NCBI GenBank assembly: GCA_030390025.1
Contig: CM059432.1
Location: 62,994,001-63,058,000, forward strand
Length of the DNA stretch: 64,000 nt
Source: Squalus acanthias
Taxonomy: Eukaryota
Reading direction: 5' to 3'
Shown here: in pieces, positions 37,698 to 50,235 of the stretch
Layout of the letters: every line of letters begins with the position of its first letter
Position numbering within the stretch: the first letter of the stretch is position 1
The notes under the pieces: generated by a model
What the model was told of the DNA's origin: nothing
The model's input: the letters and a program-made list of their open reading frames with translations, nothing else
Database searches by the model: none
Translations under genes and position numbers: made by a program

Positions 37698-38084
37698 GAG
37701 AGAGCAAGAAATAAACAGATAAAAATGCAAGGGGGAGGCTGGGCGGAGGAATAAAAGAACAAAAGGGATGGTCTTTAGTGAGTAGAGACATTCAGAGATG
37801 CTCAAGGCAAGACGAGATGGTAATGGGACAGGTTGAGAAACAAAAGGTAAGGTGTGAAATGCTGGCAGAATCAGAGACAGCTGCCGTGGGGGGAGAGAGA
37901 AAAAAAGGAAAAAGGCACGGACCAAAAGAGTGGATAAAAGTGAGGGAGGGGACCTGACTAGAACTAGAACAAAGAATGTTCCACATATCCCACGAAAGGC
38001 AGGCATAGCTAGGACCCATGCGGGTTCCCATAGCAACACCTTTAATTTGGAGTAAGTGAGTGGAGTCAAAGGAGAAGTTGTTCA

Positions 38085-38384
38085 CAGAATCCCCACAGTG
38101 CAGATAGAGGCCATTTCGGCCCATCGAGCCTGCACCGACACATATCCCACCCTATCCCCATAACCCCACGTATTTAATCCCCCTAACACTAAGGGTCAAT
38201 TTATCATAGCCAAATCAACCTAACCCGCACATCTTTGGACTGTGGGAGGAAACCGGAGCACCCGAAGGAAACCCACGCAGACACGGGGAGAATGTGAAAA
38301 CTCCACACAGACAGTCACCCAAGGCCGGATTCGAACCCGGGTCCCGGGCGCTGTGAGGCAACAGTGCGAACCACTATGCCACCG
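38085..38384 (-). mobile_element. HE1-like V-SINE
   Basis: tRNA-like head (B box GGTTCGAATCC on the minus strand), V-domain (gggtgctccggtttcctcccacagtccaaagatgtg), 6-bp TSD TGTTCA. Confidence 0.88.
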
Positions 38385-40883
38385 TGTTCAATGTGAGAAC
38401 AAGCTCAGCCAGGCAGAGGAGGGTGGTGGTGGTGGATGGGGACTGGTTGGGCCTCTGTTGAAGGAAGAAGCGGAGCACCCTCAGGCCGTCCTGGTTGGGG
38501 ATGGAGGTATAGAGGGATTGGAGGTCCATAGTGAAAAGGAGACGTTTGGGGTCAGGACACTGGTAACTGTTAAAGTGGCGGAGAACGTCGGATGAGTCAC
38601 GAATGTAGGTGGGAAGAGACTGGACAAGGGGAGAAAAAGTAGAGTCGCGATAGGAAGAAATTAGTTCTGTGGAGCAAGAACAGGCTTAAACAATGGGTCT
38701 ACCAGGGAAGCCCTGTTTGTGGATCTTGGGAAGGAGGTAGAAGTGGGCTGTGCGGGGTTGGGGGACTATGAGGTTGACAGCCATGGAGGGAAGATCTCCA
38801 CAGGAGATGAGGTCAGTGACAGTCTTGGAAACAATGGCTTGATGCTTGGTAGTGGGGTCATGGTCCAGGGGGAGGTAGGAGGAGGTGTCAGAGAGTTGGC
38901 GTTCAGCCTCCGCACAGTAGAGGTTGGTTCGCCAAACAACACCAGCGCCACCCTTGTCAGCAGGTTTAATGACAATGTTAGGGTTGGATCGGAGAGGACG
39001 GAGTGCTGCAAGGTCAGAGGGAGGTAGGTTGGAGTGAGTGAGGGGAGCAGAGAAATGGAGATGGCCGAAGTCACGCCGGCAGTTAGCAATTAAAAGATCT
39101 AGAGAGGGTAAGAGGCCACAGGGAGGGGTCCAGGTAGAACGAGAATTCTGAAAGTGAGAGAAAGGGTCCGCTGTGTGGGGGGTAAGACTCCTGGCCAAAG
39201 AAGTGGGCATGGAGATGAAGGCGACGGAAAAAGTTGTCTTCTCTCTGAGCAGGGAGAAGCAGGACGAGCGCACATGTGGCTTTGCCAGGATAGCGGGCTT
39301 CCCCATGGTGCAGGGTGCCACCGACTGCACCCATGTGGTTTTGTGGGCGTCGCATAACAATCCTGAGATCTCCTGTAACCGCAAAGGCTACCACTCACTT
39401 AATGTGCATTTTGTGTACGACCACACCCAGCGCTTCCTGATGGTCAATGCCCGCTATCCTGGCAGCAGCCATGATGCATTCATCCTGCGTTAATCTGGTG
39501 TGCCAGCAATCTTCCAGCCACCACATCAAACTCAAGGGTGTTTGCTTGGAGAAGAGGGGTATCCACTCTGCTCTTGGCTGATGACTCCCCACCACAACCC
39601 CACCACTCGTGCCCAGCAGTCATATAATGAGAGTCGTGCTTCCACCAGGAACATCATCAAGCAGACCGTTGGGCTGCTGAAGCAATGGTTCCGCTGCCTT
39701 GACTGCTCGGGAGGAGCCCTCCAATACTCGGCAGAGTGGGTGTCCCATTTTGTGGTGGTCTGCTGCATGCTTCACAACTTGGCCATCATGAGGACGTAGC
39801 CCTTGCCACCAGGGATTGTGGGACCACCGCAGGAGGAGGACGAGGGAGAGGAGGACAAGGAGGAAGATGAAGATGAGGAAGAGAACAAGGAGGGAGGGAG
39901 GGAGGAGGCAGGCAGCCAATCTTCCTTCCGGATGGGCTGTCCGTGAACGCCTCATCAGACTCTGATTCCAATGAATGAAACCCCAGATCCCCGTTGCTCA
40001 CCACATCCCCATCATTCCATCCCTCTGTCACAGAATATCGCAGCGTCCTCCTGGGCACAAAGCTGAAATGAGCGCTACCACAAAAGATTCCAAACAAAAT
40101 TGATAAATTTATCCAAAATCAATGGACACATATTTACACTTATGATATGAACTAATCACTCTTGTGCAATCCCTTAGTGCCTGTCGTTCAGGTACCCTTT
40201 CTTGTCCTAGTGCTCCTACGAAGTGCTCCCCCAGTGGCTGCAGCATGGCTGGTGGAAGGCTGCTGTGATTCCTTGTGGGAGACTTCAGATGGCCTTGCAG
40301 GACGATCATGAGCAGCTCTGACCCTAGAAGGCCCGGCTGCAGACTGCACCACCTCAGCATGGGCGGCAGCAGTCTGGGCTGGCTGGCTGACAGGCAAGGG
40401 CAATGGCGGAGTGGCAATGATGGGGACAGGAATGCTGTAATCCTGAGAGGACAGCAGGTTCTTGCTCCACTGATCCACTGCCACTCCCCCGGGGCAGCGC
40501 CTCACATTTCTAGCAATCTGTTGGAGCACAGATGGCTGGGCTGCTGCGACACCCTGCAAGCCCCAGTCGACACTGGTAAACCCAGCCACGATGGCAGCAA
40601 TCTGAGCATGGGTGGCATCAAGCTGAGACTGCATGAGAGCAGTCTGAGCTTGGTGGCACAAAGCTAGGACTGCATGACAGCGGTCTGAGCTTGCGTGGCT
40701 ACAAGCTGAGACTTCATGAGAGCGGTCTGCGTTTCCGTTGCAGCACTAAGACATTGGGTCACTTCCGCCTGTGCTGCAATGGCAGCCGTGACATCGCCCA
40801 TCACATGCAGCATTATGTCTGGGTCGACACGGTCTCTTCGGGAGTCTTCCAGTATTTCCAGCCTGGAAATCCTGGACTCCAAG

Positions 40884-41165
40884 CTACAAGTACAGAGGCA
40901 GGGAAAGCAGGGAGGTGAGGAAAGAACAAAAGGGAAGGTCTGTGATAGGGTGGAGTAGAGGAGAGATTAAATGACAAAAGGGATGATGGTGCAAGGCAAA
41001 AGGAGATGGTAATGGGACAAGTAAAGAAACAAAAGATAAGTCTAGATGAGGTGTAACTGGGAATATGAGAATCATCAGCAACAGCTGCCGTCTGAAAAAA
41101 TGGGGGCAGAGGTTATGATCTGAAATTATTGAACTCAATATGAGTCCGGAAGGCTGTAAAGGGCA
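40884..41165 (-). mobile_element. Penelope 3' fragment
   Basis: Homologous to ~33140-33430. Confidence 0.8.
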
Positions 41166-42459
41166 TCAGGGACCCTGGTGACTGACCGGACCAACAGTGA
41201 ATCTCCTTAACCAATGAGATTTAAGGATTGAGAAATAAACAGAGGAAGGACTGAGAAGGAGGGCAAATTAGAGTGGATGAATTCAATGTCAAATCAGGTA
41301 CAGAAAGTAAAATAAAGAGAGAGAAAGAAAGATTGGATTAAGAGAGAAAGAGAAAAAAAAGACGGAAAGGCAAAGTAAGAACATTTTTTGCAAAATTAAA
41401 AATTTGACAATTTAAAAATCTCGAACAACTCTTCAGTACCTGAAGAAATGAGACTCCACACTTTTACTTGTTCACTTTCTGGGCCAGAGAGCTTGATTGG
41501 CAATCATTAACAATTACCACATCGTTAGAAGGGTGCTTGTGCTGTTAATTACTAGACTTAACTTTCGGGGCCATGTTTAATGAGCAATTAACGTGCAAAT
41601 GCAGCAACTTCATGAAATTCACGGGGAGGTTAAGGGCAAGATGCCGTTTTTGCGAAGCTAACAGCGGAGCAGCACAAATTGTCCAGCAACCTGTGGCGAT
41701 TCGCAATTCATGGGGTATCTCTTCCTCGCCACAAGTTGCTGGCCGATTTACACAATAATAACGGTGTGAGTGATTTGTGGGAACCCAGGAGACAGATTGT
41801 GTAATCACTCTCACTATTAAGTAGCAGCTATTGTATGTATCACAGACTATGACTGGGAAGCATGACACCTTTAACATTGAAAATACCCATCACAGTGCTA
41901 CCTACAGGAGCAATAGACACTGCAGCTACTTAAATTGAGTTTTAACGAAATGCACCCCCTACATACTGAATTTCATATATAATAGATAGATATAATGCAC
42001 ATAAACACAACATTTTAGTTCTATTCAGTTTGTAGTTCAAAGTGATTTACCAGTACTCAGAACATTCTTAGATAAAGAGCACATTAAAGATGTTTGTGAT
42101 GTAAGCCAAACTATTGATGAGAATGTCCTAAAAAATTATATTTTGAAGTTTGCACTTTGCTAAATTCAATAAAGATCTTTAAAATTTAATCTTGCAGTAT
42201 CCAACACGTTGTTACCTTATGCTAGATCACAGGTATGTTACAAGGCACTTGATACAAACATTGAAGATCTTACATAGTTCTGTATGTTTAGTATTGAGCA
42301 ATAACAGGACTGCCTATCTTTTGGTGGGGGGCTCAGGTCAAGTAAGAATGGTGGGTCAGGGGCTGGCTGAGTACAATGTGTAGGTGTGTTTTGGACAGTG
42401 AACAATGTCATTTTTAATGATAACGGTTTCAACTCCTGCACTAACTGCTAGTTGTACTG

Positions 42460-44074
42460 TGAGGTCAACACCAGCACAAAAGCTCGTCTTCAGCCAATTC
42501 GATTCACTCCACGTGATATCAAGAAGTGGCTGAGCGCACTGGATACAGCAAAGGCTATGGGCCCCGACAACTTGACGGCTGTAGTGCTGAAGACTTGTGC
42601 TCCAGAACTAGCCGCACATTTAGGCAAGCTGTTCCAGTACAGCTACAACACTGGCATCTACCCAACAATGTGGAAAACTGCCCAGGTACGTCCTGTCCAC
42701 AAAAAGCAAATCCAATCCGGCCAATTACTGCCCCATCAGACAACTCTCAATCATCAGCAAAGTGATGGAAGGTGTCATTGACAGTGCTATCCAGCGGAAC
42801 TTACTCACCGACAATCTGCTCACCGATGCTCAGTTTGGGTTCCGCCAGGACCACTCAGCTTCAGAGCTCATTACAGCCTTGGTCCAAACATGGACAAAGG
42901 AGCTGAATTCCAGAAGTGAGGTGAGAGTGACTGCCCTTGACATCAAGGCAGCATTTGACCGAGTGTGGCATCAAGGAGCCCCAGTAAAATTGAAGTCAGT
43001 GGGAATCAAGGGGAAAACTCTCCACTGGCTGGAGTCATACCTAGCACAAAGGAAGATAGTTGTGGTTGTTGGAGGTCAATCAGCTTAGCCCCAGGACATC
43101 GCTGCAAGAGTTCCTCAGGGCAATATCCTAGGCCCAACCATCTTCAGCTGCTTCCTCAATGACCATCCCTCCATCATAAGGTCAAAAATGGGGATGTTCA
43201 CTGATGATTGCACCGTGTTCAGTTCCATTTGCAGCTCCTCAAATAATGAAGCAGTCTATGCCTGCATGCCATTCCTGGACGACATTCAGGCTTGGGCTGA
43301 TAAGTGGCAAGTAACATTCGCGCCACACAAGTGCCAGGCAATGACTATCTCCAACAAGCAAGAGTCTAAACACCTCCCCTTGACATTCAATGGCATTACT
43401 GTCGCCGAATCCACCACCATCAACATCCTGGGGGTCACCATTGACCAGAAACTTAACTGGACCAGCCACATAAATACTGTGGCAACAAGAGCAGGTCAGA
43501 GGCTAGGTATTCTGCGGCGAGTGTCTCGCCTCCTGACTCCTCACAGCCTTTCCACTATGTACAAGGCACAAGTCAGGAGTGTGATGAATACTCTCCACTT
43601 GCCTGGATGTGTGCAGCTCCAACAACACTCAAGAAGCTCGACACCATCCAGCACAAAGCAGCCCGCTTGAATGGCACCTTGTCCACCACCTCAAACGTTC
43701 ACTCCCTCCACTACCGGTACACCGTGGCTGCACTGCAGCAACTTGCCAAGTCTTCTTCAGCAGCACCTCCCAAACCTGCGACCTCTACCACCTAGAAGGA
43801 CAAGGGCAGCAGACGCATAGGTACACCATCACCTGCAAGTTCCCCTCCAAGTTACACACCATCCTGACTTGGAAATATATCGCCGTTCCTTCGTCGTCAC
43901 TGGGTCAAAATCCTGGAACTCCCTCCCTAACAGCGCTATGGGAGTACCTTCACCACACGGACTGCAGCGGTTCAAGAAGGCGGCTCACCACCACCTTCTC
44001 AAGGGCAACTAGGGATGGGCAATAAATGCTGTTCTTGCCAGCGACACTCACATCCCACAAACAAATAAAAAAAA
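42460..44074 (+). mobile_element. Non-LTR retrotransposon 3' half (CR1/L2-group, a distinct family)
   Basis: KAMGPD, QFGFR, ALDIKAAFDRVWH and FTDD RT motifs; A-rich tail at ~44066-44074; related fragment at ~49420-49590. Confidence 0.85.
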
Positions 44075-44570
44075 TGCACACAACAAAATGAAAGCAAATC
44101 ACACCTGAACTCACTGCAGGCTGGAAGAGCCGATTAAAATGGCTCTTCCAAACTCCTTTTGACTTCCTCTATCTGATGCCAGTTGTTAAACCCTGGTGAT
44201 GTCCTGACTTCATAATATTACAAGGCTGCCCATGACAGCAAAGAAGCACTTTGGGTCTGAACTGTTGAAGACCTTGTTTACACTGCGAGCAAGGATCTGC
44301 ATTTCAGGTGCTGGTTTCACTTTGCAGTTCCAAGTATGATCAGGAATCAGATCACTTATTTGACTCTGTGTCAACATTCCAGATTTGGTGTCGTAGTGAA
44401 GTGAAAAATGTTGGCATGTAAAATAAAGTACACCTTTAGGCAGACTCAACTAATCTGTCTGGGACAGGGACGGAAAACTGACCAGCAAGGTCCTCTCCCA
44501 CATACATCACCTGTCTCCTAATAGGTCAACAATACAGTATCCTTTATATCCACACACTAATAAAAACTTA

Positions 44571-45352
44571 GGGGGCGAAATTCGGCTCCTTTTCACCTGC
44601 CGTTAGTGCCTCCAGGGGGCGCTAATGAGGCGCAAAGGGGTTATCGCCTGGGGGGGGGCGGGGGGCAAAAAAGGCGCCTCCCGCAAAATTCGGCGGGGCG
44701 TTGCTGAGGCGCTACCCGATAGCACCGCTCCCTCACTGGTAGCGCCCCGGGCCACCGCGCCTCCGCCGATAACATCATTGCCGTGCGCCGCGTCCCCTTA
44801 CCGCCCTGCAGCAGAAATGAGGCTGTGCCCCGCGAGGCTACCACGGGCGGTGTCAGCACCAGCCTTGCGGGTCATGAGCCGGGCCAACCTCCGCTCCCGG
44901 GGCAGTAGTTAAAGGGGAGGTGCGGCCACTACCCGTGCCACCATTTACCTTTTTTGGCCGACCTCCAGCTCGGCCCTCCGTGGTGTGCCGTGGCGTGGTC
45001 CTGGCCGCCATCGTGCAGCCCAGCACCGCATCTCGGCACCAGGCTGCTGCCATGGCACCACACCGCCCTGGTGGCCTAGTTGCGGCCATCGGAGGCCCTG
45101 CAGCGTGCGCAGCGGCCCTCCCCTTTAACTGAAAGGGAGGGGCGTTGAAACACGGCAGCGCTCCGCGAAGCCCCGACATCGCCTCGGTTACTGCCCCACC
45201 AGGAAGTGGAGCGCCCGACATTACGCTCCACTTCCTGGGCGGGGCGGTAAGGCGAATTTCGTGGCCGGGTCGGGACTTCCTCGCAAGGCGCAGGATGTCC
45301 CGCCTCACCAGCGTTACCGCCCCAAAATGGGGCTCTACCGAATTCCACGCCC
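44571..45352. mobile_element. GC/CpG-rich Harbinger MITE
   Basis: Imperfect TIRs GGGGGCGAAATTCG ... CGAATTCCACGCCC, TSD TTA. Confidence 0.8.
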
Positions 45353-45391
45353 TTAATTTTGGGTACACCATTAATAACCATGGTTAATAAT

Positions 45392-46139
45392 GGCCCAGAA
45401 TTTGTGGTCAGGATGACGGTGAACTGGCAACATTTACCGTCATTCCGCCTTTGAAACTGACTGCAACTTCGGGATTTGGCGCATGCACAAGAGCATGCAG
45501 AAATCCTGAAGTTGCGGTCTGTCAATGACAGCTGCGAAACAGGCTGCACTCTGCACCCCCCGCCACTCCACAGAGCCGGCAATCTATGTAATCAGCCAAA
45601 TCAGGGAAACTGATGAAAACTTCAGCTCTTCCGCAGTAATTACGCTGTTAAATTTCTTACTGAAACAAAGGGATTAGGTGTAAATTAGGTTTTGACAATG
45701 TTATTACAGCTAAACAAATGTTAAGGGCCTGGAAAACTAATTTTAATTTTGTACAGTGTGAAACCTGTCCATTTTAATAAATTAAAATTTTTAAGAAACT
45801 TTTCAGAAAAAAGCTTAATTTTTTTTTAAAAGCTTGCCCATCTTTATTTCAGGTTTGCCTTTTTCCCATGTGAGAGTTCCAATCTTTGTTTTGCTCTCTA
45901 ACATTTTTAAAAAGTTAGAATTTTATGAGCTTACTCACTTCCTTGTTCGCTGTTTGTGAGAATTCTGCATTTTGATTGGCTGCTTAGACAAAGGGATCCT
46001 CAGTACAGTTCGTTGATTTGAATTGAATGTCGTAAAACCTGATCTTCTCGACACAGGGATCGTGAGATCCTTGTGTGAAGCGTGCTTCGGGGCCAGCAGT
46101 GAACGCCTTCGCTTCGCCGCTGACCGCAAATCCCGGGCC
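45392..46139. mobile_element. Harbinger MITE
   Basis: TIRs GGCCCAGAATTTGTGGTCAG ... CTGACCGCAAATCCCGGGCC, TSD AAT. Confidence 0.85.
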
Positions 46140-46651
46140 AATAATGTGCAGTGTGGAAGCTATGGGTGTAACTTATATTAGTTATGCATAACAGTGAAAG
46201 TTGGTTTCGTACCAACTCGATTTCACATTGTGTTCAACAAAGGGGTGACCCCTGTTTGGGGAAGGTCATGACTGTTCAGAATGAATGGTAGTAATTGTGA
46301 TCATATTTTCCCAATAAAAGGGGAAGATTCTTGGCCTTCTTAGGGGGAGGTAGAGGCAAGTTCAATTCCATGCTGCCCTTTTGTACGGCTTCCACATCCA
46401 ATCTACTTGTAGCGCTTCTTGAGTCTGATCAGCTTTAAATTTGGGATCCCATGATTCATGTTACATTCCTGGTCCACAGCTGATATTCCCTCCCTTGCAC
46501 ATGACATGTCTACTTTTCTCAACTCCTTAACTTAAATCACACTTAGTCTGATCCACAAAATCCATCACCATGGTCCTTACCATCAAGCTGCACATTGGCC
46601 TTGACTTATGTCACCTAGAAAGCCTGACTATAGTAAAGAAACAAAGACCAT

Positions 46652-47496
46652 GGGCTGGATTTTGATACTGGGGACGTGATGGAGGCGGGACTCCCACTTT
46701 TTGGGTTGTAGTCCCGCCTCCATCGACTTGTGGCCAACCCACTGCATTTTCACTTGATTGACCTTGTTGAGCCCGCCCAGTGAGCTCAGCAGGCCAATTA
46801 AGGGCAACTCAGCAACAGGTGACGTCACAGATTGACATTTCATCTGTCAAGAGCTTTTGACAGATGAAATATCAACATTTGACAGCTCCTTGAAGCTGTC
46901 AAACACTGACAATCTGTCTTCTAACTTGAGTCCTTCCTCTCAGGCTGAGTTAGAAATCATTCCAGCACAGAAAACAGAGGCTGCAGTTTTTTGACAGCAC
47001 CACGGCCATTCTGTTTTCTGTGCTGGTGAGATTTCTGACTCCCGAGACCTGAAGGGCTGACACCTGCAGGAGGAAGTTAAGGTAAGTAAAACTTTTTCCC
47101 ACACTTTACACTTACCTTACACACTTACCTCTGCACACATGCACCCATCACTCACCTGCCCACCGGACACATCGACTCCTCCAACCCCTGCAGACCCATT
47201 GTCCGTCTCGCTAACTTGGCGTGGTTGGGACCTGTCAGGAAGCCCACATTTCACGCATCAAAATAGGGATTAGGTAAAAAACTGCCTGTTAACTACCTGT
47301 TAACAGGCAGTTTATTGCCACTAATCCCCTTCCCGCCTCGGGGAGGCGGGTCCCAGCACAGGTTGGGTACCCGCCTCCAGCGAAACTGGCATGGAGGCGG
47401 GTTGGGGGCGGAATGGGTTCGGGACCCCCGAATCTGCAACTTTAACCCCCCACACGCCTCCAATCCCGCCTCCACGGGTCAATGAAAATCCAGCCC
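46652..47496. mobile_element. Harbinger MITE
   Basis: TIRs GGGCTGGATTTT ... AAAATCCAGCCC; internal inverted repeats at ~46838-46871 and ~46962-47026. Confidence 0.8.
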
Positions 47497-47830
47497 CTTG
47501 CATTTATATAGCACCTTATATGGACATCTCAAAGTGCTTCACATCCAATAGATTAATTTTCAAGTGAAGTCACTGTTAATGTGTAGGTCATCATGACTGC
47601 TAATTTGTGCACAGCCAGATCCTAGAAACAGGAAGTGAGATGAACGACCAGTTTGGTGGGGGAGGAACATTGGCAAGGATAACAGGAGAACTCCCTGCTC
47701 TTCTTCAAATAGTTCCATGGAGCCTTTAACATCTATCTGAATAAATGGAACAGGGAGCGGGGACCTCGGTTTAATATTTCATCCAAATATCAGTCCCTCT
47801 GACAATGCAGCATTCCCTCAGTACTGCAAT
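47497..47830 (-). mobile_element. Deu-domain SINE fragment
   Basis: Reverse complement of the core seen at 30320-30444, plus an L2-like tail. Confidence 0.65.
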
Positions 47831-49669
47831 GAACAATCTCAATTATCCTTTATTTAATTGTAGGCTTACATCAACTACTGCAAAATAATCTGCGCCTGTC
47901 GGTGCAATTTTAATGGTACCATGTAAATGCATGGCTGGAGAAATCATATACTAAATCTTTAACAACAAATTCTCACGAATGCATTAGAATTTTGTAGAGA
48001 TACACTCATGCCTCTCAATCAATGGGGACCTGAGAACAATCAGAGATGACACTTTCCAAAATTTTCCAAGTCTGTTTTAAACTGATTTTACAGGTTTTAT
48101 ATTTTAATTGTTACTACAGTAGATCCTCTTTATAAGGGTTTCTGATATAGTGCACCATGCTTTGTTATAGCTCCTTTACTAATAGTCAGCTCAAGATAAT
48201 CCATACCCCATAAGAACAATTTCTACATGAGCAACATTGTAAAGAAAGTCCTTTAAAATGTTTTACAAGTGCATGTTTATACAGTGGGAATAATCTCAAA
48301 GAAAAATGCGCTTTTATAAAAGCTTTACAAAGTTAACCACATTAGCAGAGTACTTGGCTTTGACTCCAGTATATATGCTGAAACTGTTTATCAGTGTGTG
48401 GGTTGGTAGTTCTGTATTGCACATGCTGAGGCATATTAAACCAAGCCTCTTCCCAGACACTATGGCACACAATACTGAACTAACCACTACTGGAGCCAGA
48501 GCATCACAATATACTTACTTAGCAAAAATGTACTACAAATTCCCTCAGTTTGTGGTTTTCAGCTTCCCCCACACCCCCATTCATTTTCAGCTACATAAGG
48601 ATCAACTTAACCTATTTAAAAGCAATATCCACGTGCTGAATATTTTTATACCTATAGGGATGCCATTCCCAGTTACATCATTATAAGCCTTTACATGGAC
48701 AGTTCATCTGAGTGGTTTTGGCAGGGTTCATTTTGAGCACGAGAGCAATTTTTACACTTTATTTGAAGTGAAGGCTAACCTTGAAATACAAGTGCAGAAA
48801 TGATTGTACCTTGTTATAAGTCAGTCCAGTTATCCTTGATTATCTATGCTGAACATGTTATATATTTCACTGGCATGAACACCCCATAAATTTTACACCA
48901 AAAGAATGGGGAGGATATTGATGGCTATGCTATCTTATCAATTTGTTTTTCTAAAATGAACCTCAAAGACAGCTTTATCAATCTTGGGAAGTTGTTGGCC
49001 AAGTACAGCTGTCCTGACACCTGGCTAGAGAGCTAGATAATTAGTCTGAGTCTGCAATCATAAGGGAAGTAACTCCCAACTCCTAACAATGAGTGAGGAG
49101 TGCAGATTGACTATATGTGTTTTACTGGAGGAAGGCCTAATCTGTGTTGTGCACCTGTAAAACTGAGGTAAGGAATTCAACAGAAGCTGGACTCCTGGGA
49201 TATAATACAATAAAGCAGACAGAATGACTTGTGACTCCTGTCCATGTCCAAAGATCCAAAGCTGGGGCTAGAGATAGAGGAGGTCTAAGCTTTAGAACCA
49301 GCTGCAGGGTGATCTTAGAGGACATTGGAAATGGATTTAAAAATAGTTTCATTTATACTGAAGAGCTAGAAAGTAAAGGAGGAAAATGCTAGTGAGAATT
49401 ACCAATAAATTAAATAATCATCGCAGCCCCAGGACGTCGCTGCAGAAGTTCCTCAGGGCAGTGTCCATCACCACAAAGACTGCAGTGGTTCAAGGAAAAG
49501 GCCCAGCATTACCTTCTCTGGGCAACTAGGGATGGGCAATAATGCAGGCTTGCCAGCCTTGCCCACATTCTGAGAACAAATAAAAGAAACACAACTAGAG
49601 TGCAAAATAACTACCATAAAATGATTTGTTTAGTAACCTCACTTTTCATATGATGCACGGCAGATTATT

Positions 49670-49892
49670 ACAACAACAACTTGCATTTATATAGCGCCTT
49701 TAACGTAGTAAAACGTTCCAAGGCGTTTCACAGGAGCGTTATCAAAGAAAATTTGACACTGAGCCAAATAAGGAGATATTAGGACAGGTGACCAAAAGAT
49801 TGGTCAAAGGAGTTGGTTTTAAGGAGTGACATAAAGGAGGAGAGAGCAATAGAGAAGCGGAGGGGTTTAGGAGGGAATTCCAGAGCTTAGGG
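49670..49892 (-). mobile_element. L2-type LINE 3' end
   Basis: caacaacaacttgcatttatatagcgcc tail; homologous to 19377-19691. Confidence 0.75.
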
Positions 49893-50235
49893 CAAAAAGA
49901 ATTATTTGTAGTTTTGTATTCTCATCACATAAAATTAATGTATAGCATCAAAGATGTTGCTGGATGGGCAAGCCATACCTTAAGGAGGAGTTAATGCCAA
50001 GCAGAATACAAGTGCTCCCAGTCTCAGGGCGAATGAAAATTAGAGTGTAAGTGAGGTCGATCCCACAGATCTCCTAGCAGTCAGTTCAAAGATTGATCTC
50101 TGAACCAATTTGCATTGTTTATGCTGCCGTATCCTCCTGGACTGAGATCACTGTTGCCCAACCAAAGCAAATAAATAGCTGAAATTCTGCTATGGGCGTA
50201 CTGGTGACACAGGTTAACTTTATCTGCCACGCTTA

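Larger units (their letters stand above)
34428..37939 (-). mobile_element. Penelope-like element B, near full length, with direct pseudo-LTRs
   Basis: 13-bp TSD GTGAGGGAGGGGA (34415-34427 and 37940-37952); near-identical direct repeats at ~34428-34770 and ~37599-37939. Confidence 0.93.
32976..39236 (-). mobile_element. Penelope-like element A (5'-truncated, decayed), interrupted by Penelope B and a SINE
   Basis: RT segments at 37940-39236 and ~33700-34427, GIY-YIG at 33378-33696 (NLVYCI...YIGETKRRL), pseudo-LTR at 32976-33377. Confidence 0.9.
32136..40883 (+). mobile_element. Formerly autonomous PIF/Harbinger element (transposase on +, probable Myb 3' part on -), split by the Penelope nest
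   Basis: Left TIR-like GGCCTAGAAATTC. Transposase 5' part at 32551-32968 (RPYPPRVF...CIRRLRFTKEVVTELC...ALNFVTSGSFQ), 3' part at ~39237-39975 (GATDCTHV, PGSSHDAFIL, GYPL, WFRCLD, CCMLHN). Convergent low-complexity ORF remnant at ~40190-40880. Right TIR not found. Confidence 0.85.

Noticed and set aside
35259..38069. 936-aa ORF as one intact protein
   Set aside because: Its first ~181 codons run through host Penelope A sequence and the pseudo-LTR. The likely start is 37526, and a deletion near 35485 shifts the frame before the GIY-YIG domain.
32551..39975. Domesticated HARBI1 gene
   Set aside because: It is interrupted by 6.3 kb of retroelements, has in-frame stops (39493, 39799) and follows a TIR-like end.
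44571..45352. CpG-island promoter or GC-rich coding ORFs
   Set aside because: It is exactly bounded by TIRs and a TTA duplication, and the ORFs are low-complexity GC artefacts.
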